Source: an uncultured bacterium
Lineage (GTDB): Bacteria; Acidobacteriota; Thermoanaerobaculia; Multivoradales; JAHZIX01
Direction of reading: 5' to 3'
Assembly (NCBI GenBank): GCA_965368975.1
Contig: CBDUPA010000020.1
Span: forward strand, 32,001-96,000
Length of the DNA: 64,000 nt
The first letter of the stretch is position 1. Each line of letters opens with the position of its first letter. Under the pieces are notes generated by a model, which saw only the letters and a list, made by a program, of their open reading frames with translations, did not search any database and was not told the origin of the DNA. A program made the translations under genes and the position numbers. Shown one piece after another: positions 1-11,099 of the stretch.

Positions 1-108
1 ACCGGCGGCGCCGATGCTCAGTCGCAAGCCGACGCAGTCGATCAGGGGGTCGCGCCGCAGTCTGAGGCGGCGGAATCAACCACGAGCGGTGCGGGCGCAG
101 CGCACTAA
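1..108 (+). CDS. 3' end of an upstream gene (partial), probably the low-complexity C-terminal tail of cytochrome c oxidase subunit II
   Basis: Frame 1 is open from base 1 to TAA at 106-108 (TGGADAQSQADAVDQGVAPQSEAAESTTSGAGAAH*), directly upstream of subunit I. Identity is inferred from position only. Confidence 0.4.
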   Translation, partial: TGGADAQSQADAVDQGVAPQSEAAESTTSGAGAAH

Positions 109-147
109 GCGTGACCGCTACGAGCATGCACCAAAGGTAAATGAGAC

Positions 148-1785
148 ATGAGCCAGACGCATACAGCTGAAGCCCCCAAGAACTACCTGAACCATGAGCA
201 CGGGTTGAAGTCTTGGCTGCTGACGTTAGACCACAAGCGCATCGGACTGCTGTACCTGTTCGGGGTGACCTTCTTCTTCTGTCTCGGCGGCATCTTGGCC
301 AGCCTGATTCGGGTCGAGCTGTTGACGCCCGCCGGAGACTTTGTGACGACCGACGTCTACAACCGGTTGTTCACGATGCACGGCATCGTGATGGTCTTCT
401 TCGTCTTGATTCCCATCATCCCGGGCATCATCGGCAACTTCGTGTTGCCCTTGATGATCGGAGCCAAGGATGTCGCGTTCCCCCGCTTGAATCTGGCTAG
501 CTGGTACATCTATATGATCGGCGGCCTGTTTACCCTCTGGGTGATGTTCAGCGGTGGTGTCGACACGGGTTGGACCTTCTACACACCGTTCAGCACGGTG
601 TATTCGAATTCTCAGGTGATCGTGGCGGGCGTCGGTATCTTCATCACCGGCTTCTCCTCGATTCTGACCGGCATCAACTTCATGGTGACCATTCACCGTA
701 TGCGGGCTCCGGGGCTGACTTGGTTCCGCTTGCCGCTCTTCGTATGGGGCCATTACGCCACCGCGTTGATCATGGTGTTGGGTACGCCGGTTGTCGCCAT
801 CACGGTCTTGCTGCTGGCGCTCGAGCGCGGCTTCCATCTGGGTATCTTCGACCCGGCCCTCGGTGGAGACCCGGTGCTCTTCCAGCACCTGTTCTGGTTC
901 TATTCCCACCCTGCTGTCTACATCATGATCCTGCCCGGAATGGGTGTGATCAGTGAGGTCGTCACAGCCTTCTCGCGCAAGCGGATCTTCGGCTACGAAT
1001 TCGTGGCGTTCTCCAGCCTCGGTATCGCTATTCTGGGCTTCTTGGTCTGGGGACACCACATGTTCGTGACCGGCCAGTCTGTCTACGCGAGTACCGTGTT
1101 CTCCGTCCTGACCATGCTGGTGGCCGTGCCGTCCGCGATCAAGGTCTTCAACTGGACGGCGACGATGTACAAGGGCTCGATCCAGTGGGATACGCCGATG
1201 TTCTATGCGTTGGCTTTCTTCGGCCTGTTCGCGATCGGCGGTCTCACCGGCGTGATGCTAGCCACCATGGGAATCGACGTGCACGTCCACGACACCTACT
1301 TCGTTGTGTCCCACTTTCACTACGTCATGGTGGGAGGGGCGATCACGGCGTTTATGGCGGGCATCCACTTCTGGTGGCCGAAGATGTTCGGCCGTATGTA
1401 CTCGGCCCTGTGGGCAAAGGTCGCGGCCGTGTTGATCTTCTTGGGCTTCAACTTGACCTTCTTCCCGCAGTTCGTGCTGGGCTACATGGGTATGCCCCGC
1501 CGTTACCATGCATATCCGGAAGAGTTCCAGGTACTGAACGTCCTGTCGTCAGCCGGTGCAACCACCTTGGCGCTTGGTTTCATCATGCCCTTGGTCTACT
1601 TCAGCTACTCGCTGATGTTCGGGCCGAAGGCCAGCGCCAATCCATGGGGCGCCCGTGGCCTTGAGTGGGAAGCGGCGGACTCTCCGCCAGACCCGCACAA
1701 CTTCCACGAGACGCCAACTGTTACCCACGAAGCCTACGACTACGACACCATGGACTATCCGGTGAAGGAGGCCAAAGTTGTCTGA
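148..1785 (+). CDS. ctaD: Cytochrome c oxidase subunit I, A2-type heme-copper oxidase
   Basis: [27 protein letters not shown] (YS motif of the A2 family), WGHHMF and HFHYV heme/CuB ligands. Confidence 0.97.
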   Translation: MSQTHTAEAPKNYLNHEHGLKSWLLTLDHKRIGLLYLFGVTFFFCLGGILASLIRVELLTPAGDFVTTDVYNRLFTMHGIVMVFFVLIPIIPGIIGNFVLPLMIGAKDVAFPRLNLASWYIYMIGGLFTLWVMFSGGVDTGWTFYTPFSTVYSNSQVIVAGVGIFITGFSSILTGINFMVTIHRMRAPGLTWFRLPLFVWGHYATALIMVLGTPVVAITVLLLALERGFHLGIFDPALGGDPVLFQHLFWFYSHPAVYIMILPGMGVISEVVTAFSRKRIFGYEFVAFSSLGIAILGFLVWGHHMFVTGQSVYASTVFSVLTMLVAVPSAIKVFNWTATMYKGSIQWDTPMFYALAFFGLFAIGGLTGVMLATMGIDVHVHDTYFVVSHFHYVMVGGAITAFMAGIHFWWPKMFGRMYSALWAKVAAVLIFLGFNLTFFPQFVLGYMGMPRRYHAYPEEFQVLNVLSSAGATTLALGFIMPLVYFSYSLMFGPKASANPWGARGLEWEAADSPPDPHNFHETPTVTHEAYDYDTMDYPVKEAKVV

Positions 1786-2446
1786 CGCAGCCGCGGTCGC
1801 GCATCCCAACCTTCAGCATCACTTCGAGAGTTACGATCAGCAGCGTGAATCCGCCACGCTCGGCATGTGGCTCTTCGTGGCCCAAGAGATCATGTTCTTT
1901 GGTGGCTTGTTCACCGCTTACGTGGTCCTCCGGCTTCGCCATCCCGAGGCCTTTGCGCTCGCCAGCAACCAGCTAGACGTGACTCTCGGTGGTATCAATA
2001 CCGCCGTGCTGATTCTGAGTAGCTTCACGATGGCCATGGCGGTTCGAGATTCCATGCTGGGCAAGGGCAGGCGTTGCGCTGGCTTCTTGGTCGGCACCAT
2101 CGCCCTTGGCTTGGTCTTCGTCGGGATCAAGGCTGTCGAGTACAGCCATAAGTTCCACGAGCATCTGGTTCCCGGACCCAATTTCCAGTTCCGCGCTGCC
2201 CCTGAATATGCGCAAGGAGCCGAGGCGTTCTTCTCGGTCTACTTCGCCATGACGGGTTTGCACGCGCTGCACATGATCATCGGCGTCGGTGTTGTCGCCT
2301 GGCTGTTGAAGCCAGCCCTGAACGGGGTCTTCAACGCCGATTACCACAATCCGGTCGAATGTGTGGGCCTCTACTGGCACTTTGTGGATATCGTCTGGAT
2401 CTTCCTCTTCCCCCTGCTCTACTTGCTGGGCTTCCACTTCCACTGA
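1778..2446 (+). CDS. ctaE: Cytochrome c oxidase subunit III
   Basis: LGMWLF..EIMFF, TGLHALH and [11 protein letters not shown] motifs; overlaps the ctaD stop. Confidence 0.95.
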   Translation: MSDAAAVAHPNLQHHFESYDQQRESATLGMWLFVAQEIMFFGGLFTAYVVLRLRHPEAFALASNQLDVTLGGINTAVLILSSFTMAMAVRDSMLGKGRRCAGFLVGTIALGLVFVGIKAVEYSHKFHEHLVPGPNFQFRAAPEYAQGAEAFFSVYFAMTGLHALHMIIGVGVVAWLLKPALNGVFNADYHNPVECVGLYWHFVDIVWIFLFPLLYLLGFHFH

Positions 2447-2455
2447 TCCGAGGAG

Positions 2456-2764
2456 ATGAGCACAGTGTCCCTACACGTCGTTCCCGTTCGAGTCTATGCA
2501 GCCATTCTCACCGCCCTGGTCGTCCTGACCCTGGTGACGGTCTGGGTGGCGTACTTCGACTTCGGTGCTCTCAACAACGTGGTCGCCATGAGCATCGCCT
2601 TGTTCAAGGCTACGCTGGTGGTCATGTTCTTCATGCACGTGAAGTACGGCACGAAGTTGGTGAAGGTGATCGTGGGATCGAGTATGGTCTGGCTGGTGAT
2701 CCTGTTCGCCTTCACGCTGCAGGATTACCTGACACGCGAGTTGTTCGGCGTCCTTGGCAAGTAG
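2456..2764 (+). CDS. ctaF: Cytochrome c oxidase subunit IV (caa3-type)
   Basis: Three TM helices, KATLVVMFFMHVKY motif, GAGGAG Shine-Dalgarno, operon position. Confidence 0.9.
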   Translation: MSTVSLHVVPVRVYAAILTALVVLTLVTVWVAYFDFGALNNVVAMSIALFKATLVVMFFMHVKYGTKLVKVIVGSSMVWLVILFAFTLQDYLTRELFGVLGK

Positions 2765-2794
2765 CCTGACGCGGTTCACGAAGGCTTCAGGTAC

Positions 2795-3370
2795 TTGAGA
2801 GCCAACGAAAGCCTCCTCGACCTCGTGCTCGAAGCACAGGTTCTGGATCGGGTACCCCGTAGCGGCTACTGCCTGCGCGGGGTTCCTGAGCCCGAGAGTG
2901 TGACCGAGCACAGCTGGCACGTGGTGTTCCTGGTGTGGCTGCTGGGCCGCCGTTGTGAAGGCGTGGATGTTCCCAGGGCCATCCAGATCGCGCTGATCCA
3001 CGACTTGGCCGAGATGCGTCTTGGGGACTTGCCGCGGACTGCATCTCGCTACCTGTCTGGTATGAAGAACCAGGCCGAGGCTGCGGCGATGGGCGAGATC
3101 CTGGCGCCCCTCACCGATACCGAGCGGGCCTTCTATACCGAGTACCAGCAAGGGGAGACACGCGAAGCGCGGCTGGTCAAGGCCTGCGACAAGCTGCAGT
3201 TGATGCTGAAGGTCTTTACCTATGAAGCGTGGGGCAGTGGAGGTGGCCTGCGGGAGTTCTGGGACAATCCCGACAACTTCCCGAACGGTGACTTCGAGCC
3301 CGTGCGCATCTTGTTTGCAGCCTTGCTCGAGCGTCGCGGCATCAAGTCCCCTCCAGCGCCCGCCGCTTGA
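2795..3370 (+). CDS. HD-domain phosphohydrolase (YfbR/HDDC2-like 5'-deoxynucleotidase family)
   Basis: R-x-G..ESVTEHS, IHDLAE..GD and EARLVKACDKL motifs; TTG start is uncertain. Confidence 0.85.
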   Translation: MRANESLLDLVLEAQVLDRVPRSGYCLRGVPEPESVTEHSWHVVFLVWLLGRRCEGVDVPRAIQIALIHDLAEMRLGDLPRTASRYLSGMKNQAEAAAMGEILAPLTDTERAFYTEYQQGETREARLVKACDKLQLMLKVFTYEAWGSGGGLREFWDNPDNFPNGDFEPVRILFAALLERRGIKSPPAPAA

Positions 3371-3467
3371 CCGTCGATTGCCGGCTTGGCGGTTCCCTGA
3401 GGGCACTGAGAGCACCGTGCTGCTCGAACCTGTTCGGGGTTCTCTCAGCCTGCTAGCATGAGGAACG

Positions 3468-4361
3468 ATGATCCGAGACGCTAAACCCACGCTGTGGACA
3501 GATTTGATGGAGCTGATGCGCATCCGGCTCAACATTCTGTCCTTGACCACGACGGCGGTAGGTTTCCTGCTCGCCAGCGGGTGGCCCCTGATGTTTGGCC
3601 GGCTCTGCCACACACTGGTGGCAACCGCATTGGTGGCGGCCGGCTCGTCGGTGCTCAATCAGGTCATGGAGCGGCGGGCGGATGCCCAGATGCCGCGAAC
3701 CGCCAACCGTCCCTTGCCGACGGGGCGCATGCGACCAGATGTTGCTCTGATCTTGGGAGCACTGCTGTCCGCGGGTGGCATCGTCTACCTCTTGCTGGTC
3801 ATCAACCCCTTGACCGCCTTGCTGGCCAGCGCGACGCTCGCGATCTATCTCTTCGTCTACACCCCGCTCAAGCGAGTGAGTTCGCTGGCGACGGTGGTTG
3901 GGGCGATCCCAGGTGCCATTCCGCCGATGATGGGCTGGACGGCCGTGCGCGACAGCATTGACGCTCCTTCCTTGGTGCTCTTCGGCATTCTTTTCTTGTG
4001 GCAGATGCCTCACTTCTTGGCGATTGCCTGGATGTACCGCAGTGACTATGCGGGTGGAGGCATGCCGATGCTGTCTGTCGTCGCGCCAGAGAATCGAATG
4101 ACCGGGCGTCAGGCGGTGTTCTACGGTGGCACTTTGTTGCCGGTGAGTCTGTTGCCGACGGTCGTTGGTCTCAACGGATTGGGCTACCTGGTTGTCGCCG
4201 GTCTACTCAGCGTGACGTTCCTGGCCTTCGCCTTGATGTTTTTCTACGAGCATTCGGATCGGACCGCCCGGTGGTTGATGTTGGCCTCGGTGATCTACCT
4301 GCCTTTGCTCTTGACCGCGATGGTGGTTGACCGCTTCTGGTTTGTCGTAGCCGGGCCTTGA
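3468..4361 (+). CDS. cyoE: Protoheme IX farnesyltransferase (heme O synthase)
   Basis: NQVMERRADAQMPRTANRPLPTGR, YTPLKR, GAIPGAIPPMMGW and WQMPHF motifs. Confidence 0.95.
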   Translation: MIRDAKPTLWTDLMELMRIRLNILSLTTTAVGFLLASGWPLMFGRLCHTLVATALVAAGSSVLNQVMERRADAQMPRTANRPLPTGRMRPDVALILGALLSAGGIVYLLLVINPLTALLASATLAIYLFVYTPLKRVSSLATVVGAIPGAIPPMMGWTAVRDSIDAPSLVLFGILFLWQMPHFLAIAWMYRSDYAGGGMPMLSVVAPENRMTGRQAVFYGGTLLPVSLLPTVVGLNGLGYLVVAGLLSVTFLAFALMFFYEHSDRTARWLMLASVIYLPLLLTAMVVDRFWFVVAGP

Positions 4362-4377
4362 CGTTCGCACGAGTCAG

Positions 4378-5025
4378 ATGAGCAACGAGACACCCGCCTC
4401 CGAGCCGGTCACCTTCCATCCATGGGTCTGGAGGTTGACCTGGCTGCTGGTCGTCGGCACGATGCTGACGGTTCTCGTGGTGTACTTGCGCCAGGAGCCG
4501 GCACACCCAGGCGGTCAAACCGAGTTGCAGGTCTACGGTCGGCTGCCTGACTTCGAGTTGACCAATCGTGATGGCGGGAGGGTGACCGGTGCCGACCTAG
4601 CGGGCCAGCCGTGGGTTGCGGACTTCATCTTCACGTCCTGTCAGATCAGCTGCCCGTTCTTGACTGCGGAGATGGCCAGACTGCAAGCGGCTCTGCCGGT
4701 AGACAGTAGGGTTCAGCTCGTGTCGTTCTCCGTCGATCCGGACAACGACACGCCGGAAGCGCTCCAGGAGTATGCGCAGCGCTATCAAGCGGGAGATCGT
4801 TGGTATTTCCTGACTGGTGCTCGCGAGGATCTGTACCGCCTGATCCGGGAGGGCTTCCAACTCGGTGTCGAGCCGGGGGCCGGAAGCGCCCGGGAGCCGA
4901 TCGTGCACAGCACGCGCTTTGTCCTGGTAGACAAAGAAGGCCTCATCCGGGGCTACTACGAGTCGACGGACCGGGCCGCGATGGCGAAGCTGCTGGCCGA
5001 CTTGGAGGTTCTCGAGGGACGGTGA
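4378..5025 (+). CDS. SCO1/SenC copper chaperone
   Basis: N-terminal TM anchor, FIFTSCQISCP (CxxxC), SVDPDNDTPEAL, HSTRFVLVD. Confidence 0.93.
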   Translation: MSNETPASEPVTFHPWVWRLTWLLVVGTMLTVLVVYLRQEPAHPGGQTELQVYGRLPDFELTNRDGGRVTGADLAGQPWVADFIFTSCQISCPFLTAEMARLQAALPVDSRVQLVSFSVDPDNDTPEALQEYAQRYQAGDRWYFLTGAREDLYRLIREGFQLGVEPGAGSAREPIVHSTRFVLVDKEGLIRGYYESTDRAAMAKLLADLEVLEGR

Positions 5026-5050
5026 CTTCGCCCGGCTGGGGAGTCCGCTT

Positions 5051-6439
5051 TCAGCCGATCTCTGCTTCGATCACCGTCGCCAAGCCTTGCGCCAGCTGCT
5101 CGACTCGGTCCTGGTCGGGGCCTTCGATCATGATGCGGGCCAATGGCTCGGTACCGCTGTAGCGCAGCACCAAGCGACCGTCTTCACCAAGATCCCTCTG
5201 CACACGTTCTGCTGCGGCTTGCACGGTAGGTAGGGTAGAGAGATCCGGCTTGCTGGCGACGCGGACGTTGAGCAGGATCTGCGGATAGCGACGGAAGCCG
5301 AGCAGATCCTGCGAAATCGGACGCCCACTACGGGCTCGAATCGCGCTGAGCTGGAGCGCGGTCAAAAGGCCGTCGCCGGTGGTACTCAGTTGCGTATCCA
5401 CGAGATGCCCGCTCTGTTCACCGCCCAGCCGCAATCCGTTGCGGCGCAGGGCATCGATCACCTGCCGGTCACCGACATCACAACGCTCGAGGGCGATGCC
5501 CTTGTCCAGCAGGGCGCGTTGTAGGCCGAGGTTGCTCATGGAGGTAGCGACGATGGCAGGAGGATCGAGCAGGCCGAGTGCTTGCAGCTCCAAGGCCCAA
5601 AGATAGAGCATGGCGTCGCCATCACGTACCCCTCCTTGCTCGTCGATCAAGATGGCGCGGTCTGCGTCACCATCGAAAGCGAAGCCGAGATCGCAGCCCC
5701 TGTCCGTGACTACGCGCGAAACCTCAGCGGGCTGGGTGGAGCCACAGTCCAGGTTGATGTTGCGTCCGTCTGGAGCCGCATGCAGCAACTCGACCTCGGC
5801 ACCGAGCGCACGAAACAGAGGCTCCGCAAAGGCTGAGGCGGCGCCATTGCCACAGTCGAGAGCAACGCGCAGGCCTTCCAGGCGGGTGGTGCCGAGGGAG
5901 CTGCGCAGCGCCGCCAGGTAGACTTCAACCGCCGCGTCGTCGATCGTCAGGCCCACGCTTGCCGTCGAGTCGAGAGGTGAGTCGCCCTGCAGTGTGCCGA
6001 GCAAGTGGTCTTCCAGCACAGCTTCCGACTCAGGAGGCCACTTGAAGCCCTGGCCGTCAAGAATCTTGATGCCATTGTCCGGATGAGGGTTGTGACTCGC
6101 CGAGACGGCGATGGCTGCGCCGATGGAGCCGTTGCTCCTGGCGGCCAGGTGGGCAACGGCAGGGGTCGGAACAACGCCGAGATACCGACAGTCCGCGCCG
6201 GCGTGGCGCAAGCCTCTCACCAGCCACGCGCACAGTGTCGGCGTGCTGTCGCGAGTGTCACCCCCCAAAGAGACGAGAGGAGCTCTTTGAACCTCTCCGG
6301 ACTCCTGGAGCAGCAGGCCGAGTTCATAGCCCAGCGTGGTGACCGTCGGTTCGTCCAGGGGAAAAGCCCCAAAGGGTCCACGGATGCCGTCCGTGCCGAA
6401 CAGGCGGGGTCTGCGCGATTCTGCACGGATATCAGCCAC
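5051..6439 (-). CDS. glmM: Phosphoglucosamine mutase
   Basis: FGTDGIRG, SASHNP, DGDADR, GGEQSGH, RYSGTEP. Confidence 0.96.
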   Translation of the reverse strand: MADIRAESRRPRLFGTDGIRGPFGAFPLDEPTVTTLGYELGLLLQESGEVQRAPLVSLGGDTRDSTPTLCAWLVRGLRHAGADCRYLGVVPTPAVAHLAARSNGSIGAAIAVSASHNPHPDNGIKILDGQGFKWPPESEAVLEDHLLGTLQGDSPLDSTASVGLTIDDAAVEVYLAALRSSLGTTRLEGLRVALDCGNGAASAFAEPLFRALGAEVELLHAAPDGRNINLDCGSTQPAEVSRVVTDRGCDLGFAFDGDADRAILIDEQGGVRDGDAMLYLWALELQALGLLDPPAIVATSMSNLGLQRALLDKGIALERCDVGDRQVIDALRRNGLRLGGEQSGHLVDTQLSTTGDGLLTALQLSAIRARSGRPISQDLLGFRRYPQILLNVRVASKPDLSTLPTVQAAAERVQRDLGEDGRLVLRYSGTEPLARIMIEGPDQDRVEQLAQGLATVIEAEIG

Positions 6440-7124
6440 GGGACTCGTTCTCCAGGGGGGGGGTATCGGGAAGGCTCGGGGGTTGAAGCTCGATCGCGAC
6501 CCGCACGCTCCTCGGCTGAGTCGTGACCAGGAGATTCTCGGGTCGCACCTCGACCTCTTCCGCGAAGCTGAGTGCGTGGCCGTCGAGATTGACCGCCGCG
6601 GTAGGTAAGGACGTGAGGGTTTCGAGGACAGAGCGTGGTCCAGTTGCCATCACCTGGCCGGGCTCTGTCTGATAGCTCATCAAGGTAGCGCCGGCAGCCG
6701 GCTCGCCGCTCAACTCGACGCGTAGCGGCAGCTGTCGCGATTCCACCTGATCCAGTGTCAGGCGAATCGATCCAGGCTCCACTGCCACCACTTCCAGGTC
6801 TCCAGGGATGAAGACGTTATCGTTACGCAGAGGCACATCCAGGCTACCGGGCTCGGTAACCTGCATCAGGTCGACCACCACGCCCACCATCTGTGGATTG
6901 AGGTTCTTGACGTCGTCTGTGCTGCCGCTCAGCCGCACATTGAGCGTCCGCGGTGGGTCAATCAAGATCAGATGGCCAGGGATGTCGAAGGTCAGGGCTG
7001 CTTCGACGACCCGGACACTCTGGTTCGCCGTGCGCTCCGTCGCTACCACCACCCACAAGATCCCAGCCAGCAGTAGGGAAACCAAGCGCAGGCCGATACG
7101 GGCTTTGCGTTCGTTCATACTCAC
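6432..7124 (-). CDS. cdaR: CdaR/YbbR-domain regulator of diadenylate cyclase
   Basis: N-terminal TM (SLLLAGILW) followed by YbbR-like beta-rich repeats; lies between cdaA and glmM. Confidence 0.8.
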   Translation of the reverse strand: MSMNERKARIGLRLVSLLLAGILWVVVATERTANQSVRVVEAALTFDIPGHLILIDPPRTLNVRLSGSTDDVKNLNPQMVGVVVDLMQVTEPGSLDVPLRNDNVFIPGDLEVVAVEPGSIRLTLDQVESRQLPLRVELSGEPAAGATLMSYQTEPGQVMATGPRSVLETLTSLPTAAVNLDGHALSFAEEVEVRPENLLVTTQPRSVRVAIELQPPSLPDTPPLENESRG

Positions 7125-7127
7125 GCT

Positions 7128-7925
7128 CTAGGTTGCCAACAGCCGCGTGCCGGGATGCCCGTAGAGGCTGGAGATTAGGTGGAGGTGGAGCTGATTGCGC
7201 AGGTCATTTGTGTCCAGGTTGCGAATCAGCCGCCCCTCGACGGCGACTGAGATCTGCCCCGTTTCCTCGGAGATCACGATCGCCACGGCATCGGTCTCCT
7301 CGGTGATCCCGAGTGCTGCTCGGTGGCGCGTTCCGAGTTCTTTGGACACTTCGGGATTCGGGCTCAGCGGCAGGAAGCACGCCGCCGCGGCGACTCGGTC
7401 TTCTTGCACGATCACGGCTCCATCGTGGAGGGGAGTTTCCGGGTGGAAAATGGTCACCAAGAGATCGAAGGAGAAGGCCGAGTCGAGCAAGATGCCGTTC
7501 TCGATGTACGGGCGAAGCCCTTCCTCGCGTTCCAGCACAATCAGAGCACCCGTATGGCGGGACGACAGCGCGTTGGCGGCGACGACAATTTCGTCGAAGA
7601 TCGAGGCTACTTGGCTCTGCTTGGACAAGCTCCACAGTCGGTTGCGTCCGAAGTTCGCTAGCGCTCGGCGGATCTCGGGCTGAAAGAGCACGATCACCGC
7701 TACCGGCAGCAGGATCGGGAGGTTGCCGAGCAGCAGCTTGAGTGTCGGAAGGTCCCCTACTTGGGCGAAGCCGAACAGGCCCAACAGCAGACCGATGCCG
7801 ACGAGCATATGGACTGCCCGGGTGCCGCGGATGAGCAGCAGTAGGTTGTAGATGAGGAACGCCACGACCAGGACGTCGATAAGATCCCAGGGCGTCACGG
7901 AGCGCCAGAGTTCAGCCAGGTTCAT
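7128..7925 (-). CDS. cdaA: Diadenylate cyclase CdaA/DacA
   Basis: Three TM helices, VLFQPEIRRAL, PLHDGA and GTRHRAA catalytic motifs. Start set at ATG 7925, overlapping the folP stop. Confidence 0.95.
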   Translation of the reverse strand: MNLAELWRSVTPWDLIDVLVVAFLIYNLLLLIRGTRAVHMLVGIGLLLGLFGFAQVGDLPTLKLLLGNLPILLPVAVIVLFQPEIRRALANFGRNRLWSLSKQSQVASIFDEIVVAANALSSRHTGALIVLEREEGLRPYIENGILLDSAFSFDLLVTIFHPETPLHDGAVIVQEDRVAAAACFLPLSPNPEVSKELGTRHRAALGITEETDAVAIVISEETGQISVAVEGRLIRNLDTNDLRNQLHLHLISSLYGHPGTRLLAT

Positions 7926-8932
7926 GCCGGTTGAACTCCCGGCTCGACCTGTTGCTCGACCGGTGGCCTCGTGCCGACGGGATCCCTGTTGTCCGCGGCA
8001 AGGGTGCCAGCGTCGATGGCCTGCCAAACTTTCAAAAAGCGAGCGGTCTCAGCCACATCGTGGACGCGTAAGATCTCGACACCAAAGTGGGCGGCCCAGC
8101 CGGCCGTTGCCAGACTACCCTCCAGCCGCTGGCTCGGCGGTCTCGGCGTAGCTCCAGCTCCGGCAATCGCTTGGCCAATGAAGCTCTTGCGGCTGGTACC
8201 GAGCAGGATCGGACAGCCGAGTGTCCTCAGTTGTTCGAGCTCGCGAATCAACAGGAGGTTCTGCTCATAGGTCTTCCCGAACCCGATTCCGGGGTCGACA
8301 ATGACCTGCTCCTGGCTCACGCCCAGGGCCTTCGCGCGCCCGACCGCATCTGCGAGTTCGGCGCGTACCTCCTCGACCACGTCAGTGAAGTCGATCTGTC
8401 TTTGCATGGTCGCCAATGGACCGCGACTGTGCATCAGGACCAGCGGACAGCCCGTTTCGGCAACCACGCGCCCGAGCTCGTCATCACTCAGCAGGCTCAC
8501 GTCATTGATCAGATCGGCTCCCGCCAGCAGAGCAGCGCGCGCGACTGCACCCTTGCGCGTGTCGACCGAGAGAGGTGCGTCGGTGGCGGAGCGCAAGCGC
8601 TCCAGCACGGGTAGGAGTCGATCCAGCTCTTCCTGAACCCCAAGGGTGCGTGCACCATCGCCGTAGACGCCCCCGCCGGGGCGGGTGGACTCGGCCCCAA
8701 GATCGAGCAAGTCTGCACCCTGGTGCAGCATCTCGAGCCCGTGGGTCACGGCAGCATCCGGGTCCAGCCACTGTCCGCCATCGCTGAACGAGTCGGGGGT
8801 GATGTTCAGAATGCCCATCACTAGCGTCCGTTGCCCCAGCTCGAGGTGGCGCTGTCCCTGGGGGGAAGCGTCCTGGGTGCCTTCTCCGGAGAGGTAGCGC
8901 CAAGGCAAGGGGAGAGTGTGGGGCTCGTTCAT
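7922..8932 (-). CDS. folP: Dihydropteroate synthase
   Basis: MGILNITPDSFSDGG, GAESTRPG, DPGIGFGK, SRKSF, RVHDV. Start is uncertain (8932 or 8944). Confidence 0.96.
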   Translation of the reverse strand: MNEPHTLPLPWRYLSGEGTQDASPQGQRHLELGQRTLVMGILNITPDSFSDGGQWLDPDAAVTHGLEMLHQGADLLDLGAESTRPGGGVYGDGARTLGVQEELDRLLPVLERLRSATDAPLSVDTRKGAVARAALLAGADLINDVSLLSDDELGRVVAETGCPLVLMHSRGPLATMQRQIDFTDVVEEVRAELADAVGRAKALGVSQEQVIVDPGIGFGKTYEQNLLLIRELEQLRTLGCPILLGTSRKSFIGQAIAGAGATPRPPSQRLEGSLATAGWAAHFGVEILRVHDVAETARFLKVWQAIDAGTLAADNRDPVGTRPPVEQQVEPGVQPA

Positions 8933-9002
8933 GTTGCTCTGCATTCTACCGAACCCCGCACCCTCCCGGAGCCGCACCCGCGCGTTCGTTCACCGCCTGC
9001 CC

Positions 9003-11045
<2,043 letters not shown>

Positions 11046-11099
11046 GTCAGTTCCTCGTGCAGTCGATGTTCTCGGGAGTAGGTACGCGAAACCGCGGCA

